Positions 62,528-64,000 of a stretch of DNA of 64,000 nt are shown here, one piece after another; the stretch's first letter is position 1; the number at the start of each line of letters is the position of its first letter. The position numbers and the translations under genes are program-made. The stretch is from Enoplolaimus lenunculus. Its lineage: Eukaryota. Under the pieces are notes generated by a model. It did no database searches and was not told the origin of the DNA. It saw nothing but the letters and a program-made list of their open reading frames with translations. The stretch lies in assembly GCA_030248215.1 (NCBI GenBank), contig JASANG010002214.1, forward strand, positions 62,001-126,000. The letters run 5' to 3'.

Positions 62528-64000
62528 ATGGAATCCAATCCACCGTTCGATCACAACAGCATCGCCAATTCGTTCCGGCGACTCTCTGAACAGTCGAAAC
62601 TTGATTTGCAGTCAGACATCGGAGACTCATCGCGATCAGTTGCACCAGTCGATCCGGCGACAGACACAGCCGAGCGTCGGTTTCAATTTTTAATTCTATT
62701 CGGCGTTTTGTTTGTTGCACTTGGTTGTCTATGGATTGCAGTTGCGTGCATTATGTACTCGGTTATTTCGAGCACTGTTCAATCTGGCGAAGCTGACGTT
62801 GCGTCAATGAACGAAGGCCGCTGGTTGATGGCGTATGTTCCGGTTTGTGGAATTTTAATGATTATGTTTTTTTCGTACCGCTACGAAACACTTTATATCA
62901 GTGCTGCGGTTACGGCAGTACTTTCTGGCGTTTCAGCATGGACAACGTTATGGGTATACGGGTTGAATGTGTCCCGTTTGCTGGACACGACAGTTGATCA
63001 CAAACTTACTGGCGAACATTCGATATGGCAACTCAATGGTGGACTTCTGTTTGGGCACACAACGCGTCAGATTACCGGATATGTGCAAGCTGCAATCGCA
63101 ATGCTACCAATTGCACTTGGAACACAATTGACTACAATTTTGACAATGGTCAACTTAGTTCGTTTAGGATATAAACAGTACGGTCCTACGCCATTAACGA
63201 GATGGGTTAAAATACGTCTGACAACATGCGCCACACTACAATTATGTTGTGTCCTGCTGAGTGTACTTATTATTAGCTATGTGATTAAAAATGATTTTAC
63301 ACCAACGTCAACATTTGTCGCCGACGAAGTGTCCAGCAGTTGTAATATGCTCGTTTTGGTGATTGCCGTATTCTACTTGAACTATTGCCGGTGTTCTGAC
63401 ACGATCTGCACGCATCATTTGCGCTCAAATATTATTCTACTCAAAGCCAGTATTGCACTGTCAGCCATACTGTTTATTGGCGAAATTTATTCAACATGGA
63501 ACGCGTACGTGGTTACGGTGGTTGTACGCCAGCGAGCTTCAACGTATACCAGTATTATAAATCAAGGTTCCAGTTCAAACAATTTACCGTCGCAAGAAAT
63601 ATTAAATTGGAGCGACGCTGCGGTCAAACGGGCGCATTTTATGGAACATATAATTCTTCCGATGAATTTCGGCTCACATTTTGTTCGAGCTACGCTGAGT
63701 GGATATTTAACTGTAACCATTTATCAGACGGTATACGCGCCAAGTGCTAGGCTCAGCGTATGTTTGGGACACTCTGTGATACGCATTATACGCTGGTGTG
63801 CTGGTATTAGCTTACTAATTGCAACGATATACATTATGATAGATATTAGCTACGCAGCGATTCAAAAAGGATACCACGAGTCACTGGGTTACACTGGAGT
63901 TACCGTATTTTACGCAACTCTAACTGGGATATGTTTAGCATTATTTGTTCGAAATCAACTAACCGCATTGCCGGCGCTTGCATTGGCTTTATCTGTTATT
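62528..64000 (+). CDS. Uncharacterised multi-pass membrane protein, at least 491 codons, 3' end beyond the window
   Basis: Manual translation is open from ATG 62528 (in-frame TGA upstream at 62507) to base 64000: MESNPPFDHNS...FQFLILFGVLFVALGCLWIAVACIMYSV...LPALALALSVI. About 11 hydrophobic segments. Absent from the ORF track, presumably because there is no stop codon in the window. Confidence 0.85.
   Translation, partial: MESNPPFDHNSIANSFRRLSEQSKLDLQSDIGDSSRSVAPVDPATDTAERRFQFLILFGVLFVALGCLWIAVACIMYSVISSTVQSGEADVASMNEGRWLMAYVPVCGILMIMFFSYRYETLYISAAVTAVLSGVSAWTTLWVYGLNVSRLLDTTVDHKLTGEHSIWQLNGGLLFGHTTRQITGYVQAAIAMLPIALGTQLTTILTMVNLVRLGYKQYGPTPLTRWVKIRLTTCATLQLCCVLLSVLIISYVIKNDFTPTSTFVADEVSSSCNMLVLVIAVFYLNYCRCSDTICTHHLRSNIILLKASIALSAILFIGEIYSTWNAYVVTVVVRQRASTYTSIINQGSSSNNLPSQEILNWSDAAVKRAHFMEHIILPMNFGSHFVRATLSGYLTVTIYQTVYAPSARLSVCLGHSVIRIIRWCAGISLLIATIYIMIDISYAAIQKGYHESLGYTGVTVFYATLTGICLALFVRNQLTALPALALALSVI

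Overview
AT-rich, intron-containing eukaryotic genomic DNA, most likely a nematode (inferred from abundant TTAGGC telomere-type repeats). Five spliced housekeeping genes can be assembled by hand: THOC5 (- strand, head-to-head with HADHB), then HADHB, proteasome beta-2 (PSMB7/pbs-2), HDHD3 and the Sac2/INPP5F phosphatase on the + strand. An intronless multi-pass membrane ORF, missed by the ORF track, starts at 62528 and runs off the window end. Introns and intergenic DNA are full of non-autonomous elements: hAT-type MITEs with 8-bp TSDs, a GGCC-ended MITE family carrying TTAGGC arrays, Helentron-associated (HINE/DINE-1-like) elements, a Tc1/mariner MITE and a 153-bp satellite. The most notable items are four. 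(1) A complete 577-bp miniature LTR retroelement whose LTRs each contain a tRNA-like Pol III unit, with a second tRNA-bearing solo LTR beside it. (2) Two inverted copies of a ~1.1-1.2 kb non-coding element made of conserved hairpins, which also carries a telomere dimer and a U1-5'-end-like motif. (3) A non-AG splice acceptor in HADHB. (4) Two GC-AG introns. Gene identities rest on recalled family motifs; no database search was run.
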